Source: Octopus sinensis (Eukaryota). Taken from it: 64,000 nt of DNA. The stretch lies in the NCBI RefSeq assembly GCF_006345805.1, contig NC_043001.1, forward strand, positions 129,704,001 through 129,768,000, in the 5' to 3' direction. The position numbers were made by a program, and so were the translations under genes. A model generated the notes under the pieces. It was not told the origin of the DNA and searched no databases. It saw nothing but the letters and a program-made list of their open reading frames with translations. Below, piece after piece: positions 37,095 to 50,236 of this stretch (position 1 is the first letter of the stretch; each line of letters starts with the position of its first letter).

Positions 37095-37495
37095 GACTTG
37101 GCTGTGTGGTAAGAAGCTTACTTCTCAACCACTTGGTTCTGAGTTCAGTCCCATTGCGTGGCACCTTGGGCAAGTGTCTTCTGCTATATAGCCTTGGGCC
37201 AACCAAAGCCTTGTGAGTGGATTTGATAGATGGAAACTGATGGAAACTGAAAGAAGCCTGTCATATATGTATGTGTGTGTGTGTATATGTTTGAGTGTCT
37301 GTGTTTGTCCTCTCACCATTGACTGATGATTGGTGTGTTTATGTCCCCATAACTTAGTGGTTTGGCAAAAAAAACTGATAGAATAAGTACTAGGCTTACA
37401 AATAATAAGTCCTGGGATCAATTTGTTTGACTAAAGGCGGTGCTCCAGCATGGTCACAGTCAGATGAATGAAACAAGTAAAAGGATAAAAGAATA
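37095..37495 (+). mobile_element. SINE family A
   Basis: Family A head, body and tail. Confidence 0.88.
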
Positions 37496-37934
37496 TATAT
37501 ATGGTTAAATAAGTTTCTCTTCGGTTATCTGGCCAGAAGAGATGGTGTTGTGGTTTTACACTTCGGCATCCAAAACTCAGAGTTTTATCTTGACTATTGA
37601 ATAATTGTAAAATATTATTTTATAGATAAATTTCCTCTATTTACGTAATATTGAGGTCTCTTTATTTTGTTATCTTACCGTTTTACCAACATATATATAT
37701 ATATATACACACACACACATATATTATATATATATATACACATATATATATACACATATATATATATATACACATAATATATATAACACATATATATTAT
37801 ATATATATATATTATATACACATATATATATACACATATATATAAATATATATATCACATATATTATAATATATACATACATATATATATACATATACAC
37901 ATAACATATATATATATACACACACATATATATA

Positions 37935-38108
37935 TCATCATCATCCTCATCATCATCATCGTTTAACGTCCATTCTCCATGCTAGCATGGGTTGGACGGT
38001 TCGACCGGGAGCTGGGAAGCCAGAAGGCTGCTCCAGGCTCCAGTCTTATCTGAGCCTGGTGCAGCCTTCTGGCCTCCCAGATCCCCGGTCGAACCGTCCA
38101 ACCCATGC

Positions 38109-38110
<2 letters not shown>
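37935..38110. mobile_element. RTE family 2 3' end folded back into a palindrome (37983-38110)
   Basis: Antisense 3' end switches at CAGTCTTATCTG to a sense copy ending CCAACCCATGCTA. Confidence 0.88.
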
Positions 38111-38195
<85 letters not shown>

Positions 38196-38289
38196 CATTA
38201 CATATATATATATATATATACATACATATATATATATATACATACATATATATATACATACATACATATATATATACATATATACATAC

Positions 38290-38322
<33 letters not shown>

Positions 38323-38336
38323 CATACATACATACA

Positions 38337-38922
38337 CAGATGTGGCTGTGTAGTAAGAAGCTTGCTTCCCAATCACATGGTTCCGGTTTCAGTCTCACTG
38401 CATGGCAAGTGTCTCCTACTATAGCCTCAGGCTAACCAAGGCCTCATGAGTGGATTTGGTAGACGGAAACAGGAAGAAGCCCATTGTGTATATATATATG
38501 TATATGTATGTATATATTTGTGCATGTGTGTGTTTGTGTTTGCATACCCCCACTCCACCCCGCCATTTCTTGACAATGTCCCCATAATTTAATGGTTCAA
38601 CAAAAGACACCAATAAAATAAGTACTAGGTTTACAAAGAATAGGTCCTGGGGTCAATTTCCTCAACTAACACCCTTTAAGGTGGTGCTCCAACATGGCCA
38701 CGGTCAAGTAAAAGAATAAAAGAATAGATATATATATCGCAGGAATGGCTGTGTGATAAGTAGCTTGCTTCCCAACAACATGGTTCCGGGTTCAGCCCCA
38801 CTGTATGGCACCTAAGGCAAGTGTCTTCTACTATAGTCTCGGGCTGACATTGTGAGTGGATTTGGCAGACAGAAACTGAAAGAAGTCCATCGTATATATA
38901 TATATGTGTGTGTTTGTCCCCC
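38337..38922 (+). mobile_element. Two adjacent SINE family A copies (38337-38722 and a 5' half at 38738-38922)
   Basis: Two family A heads and bodies. Confidence 0.85.
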
Positions 38923-39024
38923 CCAAGAATAAAATAATATATATATATATATGTGGCTAATAAAGAAACACATATATATATATATACATACATAGATGAA
39001 CATCAATGGAATTTGTATCCTTGT

Positions 39025-39415
39025 GGTACCAGTGCCGGTGGCACATAAGAAAACCATCCGAACGTGACCGTAGCCAGTACCGCATCGATTGGCCTCCGTG
39101 CTGAGGGCACGTAACAAACACCATCCGAGTGTGGCCGTCTGCCAGCCTCGTCTGGCACCTGTGTCGGTGGCACATAAAAAACACCATCCGAGCGTGGCCG
39201 TCTGCCAGCCTCGTCTGGCACCTGTGTCGGTGGCACATAAAATCACCCACTACACTCTCGGAGTGGTTGGCGTTAGGAAGGGCATTCAGCTGTAGAAACA
39301 CTGCCAGATCTGACTGGCCTGGTGCAGCCTTGGGGTTTGCCAGACCCCAGTTGAACCATCCAACCCATGCTAGCATGGAAAGCGGACGTTAAGCGATGAT
39401 GATGATGATGATGAT
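39025..39415 (+). mobile_element. RTE family 2 3' UTR with four internal units
   Basis: Four GGTGGCACATAA/GGCACGTAA...CACCATCCGAGCGTGGCC-type units, conserved motif, (GAT)n. Confidence 0.88.
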
Positions 39416-39465
39416 ATATATATATATATATACATGCATACATACATATATATATATATAGAGAG

Positions 39466-39498
<33 letters not shown>

Positions 39499-39807
39499 TA
39501 GATAGATAAATAGATAGATAAACAGATAAAAAAATAAAGTCATATAGACTCACAGAGCCAGTTTCTGGTTTCTGTGGTGCAAATATTCCCCCTGGACAGG
39601 ATGTTGGTCTTTCACATAAATATATATATGTGACAAGCTTCTGTACAGTTTCCAGCTACCGGATGTCACTCTGAAGGCGTTGGTTTGGATGGATATCTCT
39701 ATCTCACTGCCATGTAATGAGACAAAAGCTGAAAGGATGTGGTTGCAAATTGAACTATACAGTCATACACACATGTGCACAGACAGACAGACAGATAGAT
39801 AGATACT

Positions 39808-40292
39808 CTTTACCCTTTTACTCTTTTACTTGTTTCAGTCATTTGACTGTGGCTATGCTGGAGTACCACCTTTAGTCGAACAAATCGATCCCAGGACTTA
39901 TTCTTTGGAAGCCTAGAACTTATTCTAACGGTCACTTTTGCCGAACTGCTAAGTTACGGAGACGTAAACATGCCAGCATTGTTATTCAAGCAATGTTGGG
40001 GGGACAAAACAGACACACAAACATATAAATATAAATATATATATAGATATATATATAATATATATATATATATACTCTTTTACTGTTTCAGTCATTTGAC
40101 TGCGGCCATGCTGGAGCACCGCCTTTAGTCGAGCAAATCGACCTTGGCACTTATTCTTTGTAAGCCCAGTACTTATTCTATCAGTCTCTTTTGCCGAACT
40201 GCTAAGTTACGGGGATGTAAACATACCAGCATCGTTTGTCAAGCAATGTTGGGGGGACAAACACAGACACACAAACATATACACACACATAC

Positions 40293-40326
<34 letters not shown>

Positions 40327-40450
40327 GATGGACTTCTTTCAGTTTCCGTCTACCAAATCAACTCACAAGGCTTTGGTCGACCCAAGGCTATAGTAGAAGA
40401 CACTTGCCCAAGGTACCACACAGTGGGAATGAACCCGGAACCATGTGGTT
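39808..40450 (-). mobile_element. Two tandem SINE family A copies (3' half 39808-40020; near-full 40077-40450)
   Basis: Two TTTCAGTCATTTGACTG.GGC.ATGCTGGAG tails. Confidence 0.88.
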
Positions 40451-40754
40451 GAAATTTATTAGTAAGATGTTATCAATCTGGGCAAAATACTTCATAAGCT
40501 CTCTGTTATTGCACCAGGCTAATAATATTGCTTAGATAAGTAAAGAACTCCAAATATTCTTGTAGCAGGGTCTAGGGTTATATTTCATTACCATTCAATA
40601 TTGTAAATCTGCGCTTGCACTCCAGTTATACTAGTATTTTTTTACACAGAAAAACAAGCTAGAAATAATGGTGATTACATATTTTTCCTTTATTGGAGGA
40701 AAAATGCATGAAGACCATTATTTATACCTTGTCTTATATACTTATATATATATA

Positions 40755-41168
40755 AGGCGCAGGAGTGGCTGTGTGGTAAGTAGCTTGCTAACCAACCACA
40801 TGGCTCCGGGTTCAGTCCCACTGCGTGGCATCTTGGGCAAGTGTCTTCTGCTATAGCTCCGGGCCGACCAATGCCTTGTGAGTGGATTTGGTAGACGGAA
40901 ACTGAAAGAAGCCTGTCGTATATATGTATATATATGTATGTGTGTGTGTGTTTGTGTGTCTGTGTTTGTACCCCTAGCATTGCTTGACAACCGATGCTGG
41001 TGTGTTTACGTCCCCGTCACTTAGCGGTTCGGCAAAAGAGACCATTAGAATAAGTACTGGGCTTACAAAGAATAAGTCCCGGGGTCGAATTGCTCGACTA
41101 AAGGCGGTGCTCCAGCATGGCCGCAGTCAAATGACTGAAACATGTAAAAGAGTAAAAGAGTAAAGAGT
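40755..41168 (+). mobile_element. Full-length young SINE family A
   Basis: Near-identical to 7082-7482 and 23882-24286. Confidence 0.93.
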
Positions 41169-41816
41169 ATATATATACATACATGTGTGTGTGCGTGTGT
41201 GCGTGTGTGTGTGTAGACAGATGGATGGATGGATGGATGGATAGATGGATGGATAAACAGACAGATAGATTGATGAATAGATATATAGAAGAATGGAATG
41301 GTTGGGTGGACAGATAGATAGACAGACAGATAGATAAATGTTCACACGCATTACATGCAAAATTTACAGCTGATGCTGAGGAGTGAGTGATAGCAGCTAC
41401 GTCGGTGAGTGCGTATGTGTAAGCATATAAAGCCATGCATATGTAAATCATAGAAAAGGAAACTTCCAGTATATGAATCATGTCCCTCCACCACCAGTCC
41501 ACCTCTGGTGCTCAGCACCACAATTAAGACCAAAACATTAACCCTTTCCTTTCCTCTACCTATTAACCCATCCCTGTGCGAGAGCGAGCGAGCGGAGCAT
41601 CCCACCTACCACACAAGACGATCCCTTCCTCCCCCTCTCACTCTCCCCTCTCTGTCTGTCTCTCTCTCTCTCTCTCACTAGCATTTCAGCCCCTAACCCC
41701 CACCTGGAGGCTATGGTCTCCGCTGTTCCTTCTTCCTGGAAGTGACACATAATGACAGTGGTGGTGGTGGTGGTGGTGGTTGTGGTGGTGGTGGTGGTGG
41801 TGGTGGTGGTGGTGGC

Positions 41817-41855
<39 letters not shown>

Positions 41856-42496
41856 ATATATTAAAAGTGTCAGAGTAGATAAGAACATGACAATGAAACT
41901 TAGATACCATTTACCACTGAGCTTATACCTCTGGGGCATTCAGCCATGAAACTAAGAAAATGTTGTTATGGCGTTGATAACAACAATAACGATAACAGCT
42001 ACTGCCCATATCAAACTGAGAACCGTGGTGATTATCCTTTTGCATTTTACACTATGTCAGTGTGCGTGTATGTGAGCAATTATATCTGGTTTGTATTTGT
42101 GTGCACGTGTGTGTATATGTGTATGTGTATGTATATGTGTGTGTATGTGTATGTATTCTTTCTATTTGAATCTATGTGTGTTTCTACTGAATAAGTATGC
42201 ATCTGTATATTTTTCTGGACATGTAATATCTACAGAATTTAATGCAAGTTCTTAAATTTTGTGTGTGTGTGTGTGTATATTTATATATGTAAGCGTAGGA
42301 GTGGCGGTATGGATAAGCACAGGTGTGCCTGCGTGGTAAGAAGCTTGCTTCTCAACCACATGGTTCCAGGTTCAGTAACACAGCGTGGCACCTTGGGCAA
42401 GTGTCTTCTACTATAGCCTCAGGCTGACCAAAGCCTTGTGAGTGGATTTGGTAGACAGAAACTGAAAGAAGCCTGTCAAATATATATATATATATA

Positions 42497-43290
42497 CAGA
42501 GTGCAGTGAAAATGTTATCTAAATTTCGCAAAAATTAAAATAACACTGGCATCTCATTTTAACAGATATATTTACCAAAATTACATTAAAATATCTTGAA
42601 ATACTAAAGAGTAAATTTATTCGATAAAATCGCCATCGGCCTCCAGATAACTTTGGAATTTCCTGCAACACTTCTGGTGGACAGTCTCATTGATTAAGTT
42701 GGTGAATGCTGCCATAATTCTTGCCTTCAGTTCATCTTTGGTGTTACAAGGAGTTTTGTTGGTCTCTCACTCAACTGCACTCCATACATAATAATCAAGG
42801 GGGTTGCAGTCTGGGAAGTTAGGTGGCTAGATTTTAGGGTGGATGTGGTTGCAGAAATTGTCTGACAGCCATGACTGGGTTCTCCTGCTTGTGTGGTATG
42901 GTGCAGAGTCCTGTTGCCAGACATAGGGTCTTCCAGAAGCCACTCACTTGACCCAGAGCAACACAACCTCCTCCAGGCTCTTGATGTAGGCTGCCGTGTT
43001 GAGTGTGAGTGAGGCTGTGTGGGAAGATGAATGGAGGCATAACGTTGCCATCACTAATGATCACTCCAAACACCATAATGTTTACTGGATGTTTGATTTT
43101 TATCACTCTCTGTACGTGTCCTCTGATTGCACTGCTCTCAGATTGACATCCAAATGCTCTGAAATGATCGTATTGGAGCTTCGGGGATGGGGGATGCCAA
43201 GCAGTACAGCATGTCATTTCCAAATTTGTGGCAGAGTGAATTGTATCACGGTGCTGTTTTTCTCATAGATGGTGCCCAGTTGACCCTACT
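42497..43290 (-). mobile_element. Decayed DD37D (maT-type) transposon
   Basis: TA|CAGAGTG terminus; translation KHPVNIMVFGVIISDGNVMPPFIFP...RPYVWQQDSAPYHTSRRTQSWLSDNFCNHIHPKI*PPNFPDCNPLDYYVW, with 37 residues between the QQD and NPLD aspartates. Confidence 0.88.
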
Positions 43291-43384
43291 ATACTTGTGT
43301 AGTTGACAAAGTCAAAAACAATCAATGTACATGTGGGGAAAAAAAATGCAAAATAGTGATAATTTACCCATCATACTCGGTATA

Positions 43385-43625
43385 TATATGTATGTATTTA
43401 TGTGTCTGTGTTTGTCCCCAAAATAATGAGATATACACATGTCTGTGTTTGTCCCCCCAACATCGCTTGACAACTGATGGTGGTGTGTTAACGTCCCCAT
43501 AACTTAGCGGTTCGGCAAAAGAGACCGATAGAATAAGTCCTGGTGGTCGATATCCTCGGTTAAAGGTGGTGCTCCAGCATGGCCGCAGTCAACTGACTGA
43601 AACAAGTAAAAGAGTAAAAGAGTAA
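43385..43625 (+). mobile_element. SINE family A 3' half
   Basis: TGTCTGTGTTTGTCCCC...AAACAAGTAAAAGAGTAAAAGAGTA. Confidence 0.85.
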
Positions 43626-44578
43626 TATGCATACAGTACAGGCATGACTGAGTGGTTAAGAAATTTACTTCATAAATATAGAGTCTCAGGTTTGAACACA
43701 TCTCCAATCCACCTTACTGCATAGTATTTGGGGCTCATCTCTTCAACAATAGCATTAGATCCCTGTCAGTCCTGTGAGTGAAACAGTTGTTATACTCAGT
43801 GTTGCAACACAGTCAATCCTACTTTACTTAGTGTACATATTTCTAGTGCGTGGCCCAATGGTTAAGAAGCTTGCTTCTCATGAGGTCCTGTGTTTGATCT
43901 CCCCATGTGGAATCTTGGGCAAATATCATTTTCTGGAGGCTCAGCTTGACTCATAACTAGTGATATAAATCGGGTAGATGGAAACTGTACAGAAACCTGT
44001 CAAGTGGCTTGTACCTGTAATTCCACTGATTCTGCCCGAGAATTATGATAAGGAGACACATCTCTATGGAATACTCAGTTTATTCAGAAGCAAGTAATTC
44101 AGGTGTTTAAACGACTGAATCTTCACAATCAAACGATGAAGATTCCACCAACATATTTTTAATGTAGAGGTCATGACTCTATAAGTGAAAGAATAATCAT
44201 GAAACAATATTAATGTCTAAGTCTGGCAAAAAGCCATAAATTTCTAAGGAAAGTGGATTATGATAACTTGAATCAATGCCTGTACATGACTGGTACTACT
44301 TTAAAATGACCTCTGGTGGGTGGGTGGGGGGTGGATTGTAAAATGAAATCAGCCTCGGCATGATTCCAATCCAGAAAGGGATGTAACTAAATATGCTAAC
44401 ACTCTTAGTCCAGAAGTCCACCACTCTACCACTCTCAATTACCATTAATATTAAAAAGCAAAAATCCTAATCTATAATTTCACTAAAAGACAGATCAAAT
44501 GAAATGGAACCAACTGAGTAAAAAGAGAAAGAAAAAACACCCCAAAACAAAACAGAAAAATATGATGAACATAATAAC

Positions 44579-44620
<42 letters not shown>

Positions 44621-45587
44621 CTCTATTGATGAAACAGTAGTAACATGATGTAATTATCAATGCAATATCATTTGACTGATTGACAAAACCTTTCTTGCCA
44701 ATAATCTTTAACCTCTGCTTCATTGGCATATTTTGCACCATTTCTCCTCTCTCACTCTCTCTCTCTCTGCTTATTCTATCTCAACTGTAAAAGACTTGGC
44801 ACTGCTGAGCTTTGTAACTGTACTCCAACTCCACTCAAAACACTATCTGCACCCATCTCATGTTCCCCACTGCTCCTCATACATTAACATTTTCATTACA
44901 TCATCTTCCCACCAATATCACCAAAACAATATGAAGTCTTTCTTCAGCCCCTGAACTATACTACTCTAGAAATCCATCAATATTTTCAATAGGGTTTTTA
45001 TTATTATTATTATTATGATTATAATAATGTTAATTATTATTGTTGTTGTTTTTATAATTTTGAGGGAGGGCAATTCTTTTTTTATTTTTCCCACTAACCT
45101 TCAGCTTTTTAAAACTAAATCATCCTAAAAAGATGGCTGGAATGCTTTTGATCACAAGCTATTCAATCAGGAATGACTATGGGTCTAAACAATAACGACT
45201 ACTCTAGCAATATCCCCAGCATTACTCTGTTCCAGGTGGTTATGAGTCAAATCTTCTGCAAATAACATATGAGGAAAAAACAAAAACAAAACTAAACATA
45301 AAATCTGTTTCGTATTAAAATTACTTATCTCCATGACTATCTACAAAAATAAGAAAGATGGGGTACCAGAAATATAATAGTACCCCAACTATACAACACT
45401 TAAAACATTTTTGAAAATATGACCTATAAGCACAAGCATTGCGGAATAGTTAGAAAGTTTGTTGTGCAACCATATGTTTCCAGTTTTCAGTCCCATTGTG
45501 TGACACCTTAGTTAAATTTCTTTCACCTTATTCTGGCTTGACCAGCACCTTGCAAGTGGAATTTGATAACGTGGGAACTCTAAAAAA

Positions 45588-46165
45588 TACCTATTTCTTT
45601 ATTACCCACAAGGGGCTACACACAGAGGAGACAAACAAGGACAGACATAGGTACTAAGTCGATTACATCGACCCCAGTACGTAACTGGTACTTAATTTAT
45701 CAACCCCGAAAGGATGAAAGGCAAAGTCGACCTCGGCAGAATTTGAACTCACAACGTAACGGCAGACGAAATACCTATTTCTTTATTACCCACAAGGGGC
45801 TAAACACAGAGGGGACAAACAAAGACAGACATAGATACTAAGTCGATTACATCAACCCCAGCACGTAACTGGTACTTAATTTATCGACCCCGAAAGGATG
45901 AAAGGCAAAGCCGACCTTGGCAGAATTTGAACTCACAATGTAAAGGCAGACGAAATACCTATTTCTTTACTACCCACAAGGGGCTAAACACAGAGAGGAC
46001 AAAGAAGGACAGACAAACGGATTAAGTCGATTATATCGACCCCAATGCGTAACTGGTACTTATTTAATCGACCCCGAAAGGATGAAAGGCAAAGTCGACC
46101 TCGGCAGAATTTGAACTCACAACGTAACGGCAGACGAAATACCGCTAAGCATTTCGCCCAGTGTG
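45588..46165 (-). mobile_element. SINE family B head-to-tail trimer, 184-bp period
   Basis: TACC junctions at 45588, 45772, 45956 and 46140. Confidence 0.92.
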
Positions 46166-46420
46166 TAGTATGGTTGTGTGGTTAAGACATTTGCTTTGAA
46201 GCCACATGGTTTTGAGTTCAGTTCTTTGTGCAACACTTTAGTCAAGTGTCTTTTCTTATACGTCTGGAAAAAATGTATGGTCTTAGGTCTCCTCAGTCAG
46301 AGCTAACTTCAGGCTAAAAACAGCAACAACTGCAACAGGATCAATAAAGCAGTAATAATAGTCATTGCCTCAGTGTGTTTGTGTTCATGTGCCTTATACA
46401 TACACTAGTGGCTATCTTGT

Positions 46421-46783
46421 GGAGGCGCAATGGCCCAGTGGTTAGGACAGCGGACTCACGGTCACAGGATCGCAGTTTCGATTCCCACACCGGGCGTTGT
46501 GAGTGTTTATTGAGCGAAAACACCTAAAAAAGCTCCACGAGGCTCCGGCAGGGGATGGTGGTGATCCCTGCTGTACTCTTTCACCACAACTTTTTCTCAC
46601 TCTTACTTCCTGTTTCTGTTGTACCTGTATTTCAAAGGGCCGGCCTTGTCACTCTCTGTGTCACGTTAAGGGTACACGTGTCTGTGGAGTGCTCAGCCAC
46701 TTACACGTTAATTTCACGAGCAGGCTGTTCCATTGATTCGGATCAACCGGAACCCTCGGCGTCGTAACCGATGGAGTGCTTCC
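46421..46783 (+). mobile_element. SINE family C type 2 with 11-bp TSD
   Basis: AGTGGCTATCT at 46407-46417 and 46786-46796; small internal deletion. Confidence 0.9.
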
Positions 46784-46960
46784 CCAGTGGCTATCTGAAG
46801 AAGAATTAATTTTGACGTAAAGCCATAACTAAATGACTTTATAGCAATTTTGTTTGATATTTCTTCATGTTCTTATGTGTGTGAAATAATGTGTGCTTGG
46901 ATGTATTTATTTTTCTTCATGTAATATATGTCCACATTAATATATGCTGAGCAGTTGTAT

Positions 46961-46984
<24 letters not shown>

Positions 46985-47009
<25 letters not shown>

Positions 47010-47294
47010 TGAGGGGGAGAAAGAAGAAGAAGAAGAGACTAAGGATGGATGGATACATGGAAAAAGTTATCTGTGTATGTACATGCAAAAGAGAGAGAGA
47101 GAGAGAGAAAAAAAAACAGAGTGATAATGATAGAAGGTGACAGAGAGAGAGAGAGAGAGAGAGAGAGTGAGGGGGAGAAAGAAGAAGAAGAAGAGACTAA
47201 GGATGGATGGATACATGGAAAAAGTTATCTGTGTATGTACATGCAACAGAGAGAGAGAGAGAGAGAAAAAAACAGAGTGATAATGATAGAAGGT

Positions 47295-47328
<34 letters not shown>

Positions 47329-47604
47329 GGGGGAGAAAGAAGAAGAAGAAGAGACTAAGGATGGATGGATACATGGAAAAAGTTATCTGTGTATGTACAT
47401 GCAAAAGAGAGAGAGAGAGAGAAAAAAACAGAGTGATAATGATAGAAGGTGACAGAGAGAGAGAGAGAGAGAGAGAGTGAGAGTGAGGGGGAAAAGACGA
47501 AGAAAAGAGACTAAGGATGGTGTGGATACATGGAAAAATTTATCTGTGTATGTACATGCAAAAGAGAGAGAAGAGAAAAAAACAGAGTGATAATGATAGA
47601 AGGT

Positions 47605-47638
<34 letters not shown>

Positions 47639-47685
47639 GAGTGAGGGGGAGAAAGAAGAAGAAGAAGAGACTAAGGATGGATGAT
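46985..47685. repeat. GA-rich minisatellite, ~165-bp unit, running into an assembly gap
   Basis: Repeated GAGACTAAGGATGGATGGATACATGGAAAAAGTTATCTGTGTATGTACATGCAA units. Confidence 0.93.
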
Positions 47686-47785
47686 NNNNNNNNNNNNNNN
47701 NNNNNNNNNNNNNNNNNNNNNNNNNNNNNNNNNNNNNNNNNNNNNNNNNNNNNNNNNNNNNNNNNNNNNNNNNNNNNNNNNNNNN
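47686..47785. other. Assembly gap (100 N)
   Basis: Run of N. Confidence 1.
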
Positions 47786-48182
47786 AGAGAGAGAGAGAGA
47801 GAGAGAGAAATGACAAAAACATACAGAGTACAGGAAAGGACAGTGATAGATATGAATTCAGAGATAGAAAGAGAGAGGAGCTTAAATAGATCTGGGGAAA
47901 AGATAAAGAAGATGTGAAAGAAAACAAGAGAAAGGTAGAGCAATGAAAGAAAATCCAGGGAAAGTAAAATTAAAACGAAACTGATGCAAAAATTGATTTC
48001 TTGAGAAAGTATGGAAGAGAAAATGGAAAGTTGCAACATTTGCTTTTTGTTTTGTTTTTGTTTTTTGCTGTACGTTTATTAGTAACACTGTTTCAAATAG
48101 GATCAAAACTTGTTAGCAGAATCTATATGCCAGAAAACTAGGCACCACTTTGAAACTAATTAGCAAAATTCTATATGTATAG

Positions 48183-48566
48183 TGGAAGCACTCCATCGGT
48201 TACGACGACGAGGGTTCTGGTTGATCCAAATCAACGGAACAGCCTGCTCGTGAAATTAACGTGTAAGTGGCTGAGCACTCCACAGACACGTGTACCCTTA
48301 ATGTAGTTCTCGGGGATATTCAGCGTGACACAGTGAGTGACAAGGCCGGCCCTTTGAAATACAGGTACAACAGAAACGGGAAGTAAGAATGAGAGAAAGT
48401 TGTGGTGAAAGAGTACAACAGGGATCACCACCATCCCCTGCCGGAGCCTCGTGGAGCTTTAGGTGTTTTCACTCAATAAACACTCACAACGCCCGGTCTG
48501 GGAATCGAAACCGCGATCCTATGACCACGAGTCCGCTGCCCTAACCACTGGACCATTGCGCCTCCG
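48183..48566 (-). mobile_element. SINE family C type 2
   Basis: Near-identical to 30012-30393; ATATGTATAGT on both flanks. Confidence 0.9.
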
Positions 48567-48589
48567 CATATGTATAGTACACACACACA

Positions 48590-48950
48590 CATGGTAAGAA
48601 GCTTGCTTCCCAACTACATGGTTCTAGGTTCAGTCCCATTGCATGGCACCTTGGGCAAGTGTCTACTGCTATAGATTCAGGCCGACCAAAGCTTTGTGAA
48701 CAGATTTGGTAGACAGAAACTCTGGCACGCGCGTGTGTGTGTGTGCATGTGTGTGTGTGTTGTATTTATGTGCGTGTCTTTGCGTCTGTGTTTGTCCCCC
48801 ACTGCCATCGCTTGACAATCGAAGGTGGAGTGTTTATGTCCCAGTAACTTAGTGGTTTGGCCAAAGAGACCAATAGAATAAGTACTAGGCTTACAAAATA
48901 TAAGTCCTGGGGTCAATTTCTTTCACCAAAATATCCTTTAAGGCAGTGCT
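48590..48950 (+). mobile_element. SINE family A
   Basis: Family A head and body. Confidence 0.8.
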
Positions 48951-49400
48951 GGTGCATCCAGTCCATACTGTAAAGTGGTTGGTGTTTGGAAGGGCATGCC
49001 AAAACAGGCTTCTCTGTTACTGGTGTCACATAAAAAGCATTCAGTCCACTATGAAAGGTGGTTGGTGTTAGGAAGGGAATCTAGCCATAAAATATATATA
49101 CATATATTCTGCACTTGTCTGTACCTCTGCATCCCCACCACCACTTCTTGACTACCAGTGTTGGTTTGTTTATGTCCCTATAGCTTAGTTGTTTAGCGAA
49201 AGAGACTAAATGAAGAAAATAAGTACCAGACTTAAAAATAAGTTCTGGGATGGATCTGTTAAACCAAAACCATTCAAGCAGATGTTCCAGCATGGCCATA
49301 GTTGAATGACTGAAACAAGTAAAAGACATTTACTTATCCTATAACAATTCACACAGTGCACAATTTAGTATTTAATAAATACTAATATTATGTAAATTGT

Positions 49401-49706
49401 GGAGGCGCAATGGCCTAGTGGTTAGGGCAGCGGACTCGCGGTCGTAGGATCGCGGTTTTGATTCCCAAACCAGGCGTTGTGAGTGTTTATTGAGCAAAAC
49501 ACCTAAAGCTCCACGAGGCTCTGGCAGGGGGGGGGGTGACGATTCTTGCTGTACTCTTTCGCCACAACTTTCTCTCACTCTTTCTTCTGTTGGCCTGCTC
49601 GCTTAGCCAGTGGGGTGGCGTCATTTGAAGGCTAAAACAATGCGCATTGTGACCAGCGATGTGTAGCAACATCTGATAGCCTGGTCGGTCACGGTGATCA
49701 CGGTGA
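49401..49706 (+). mobile_element. SINE family C type 1 with 11-bp TSD
   Basis: TTATGTAAATT at 49388-49398 and 49707-49717. Confidence 0.9.
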
Positions 49707-49799
49707 TTATGTAAATTAGGATTTCCTATTGACTGATACTTCCACATTTCATGGGCCTTTAAGCCATTTGCTATATATATTTCTATGTAGACAGAACGT

Positions 49800-50033
49800 T
49801 AAAAGCACCAACCAATCGTGGCCGATGCCAGACTCCCCTGGCACCTGTGCTGGTGGCACCTAAAAAGCACCCACTACACTCGCGGAGTGGTTGGCGTTAG
49901 GAAGGGCATCCAGCTGTAGAAACACTGCCAGATCAGACTGGAGCCTGGTGCAGCCCCTGGCTTTCCAGACCCCGGTTGAACTGTCCAACCCGTGCTAGCG
50001 TGGAAAACGGACGTTAAACGATGATGATGATGA
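49800..50033 (+). mobile_element. RTE family 2 3' UTR
   Basis: Two internal units, conserved motif, (GAT)n tail. Confidence 0.88.
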
Positions 50034-50039
50034 AATATG

Positions 50040-50194
50040 ATAGGCTTCTTTCAGTTTCTGTCTACCAAATGCACTCACAAGGCTTTGGTTGACAGCTATA
50101 GTAGAAGACACTTGCTCAAGGTATCATGCAGTGGGAGTGAACCCAGAACCATGAGGTTAGAAAGCAAACTTCTTACCATACTGCCATACCTGTG

Positions 50195-50236
<42 letters not shown>

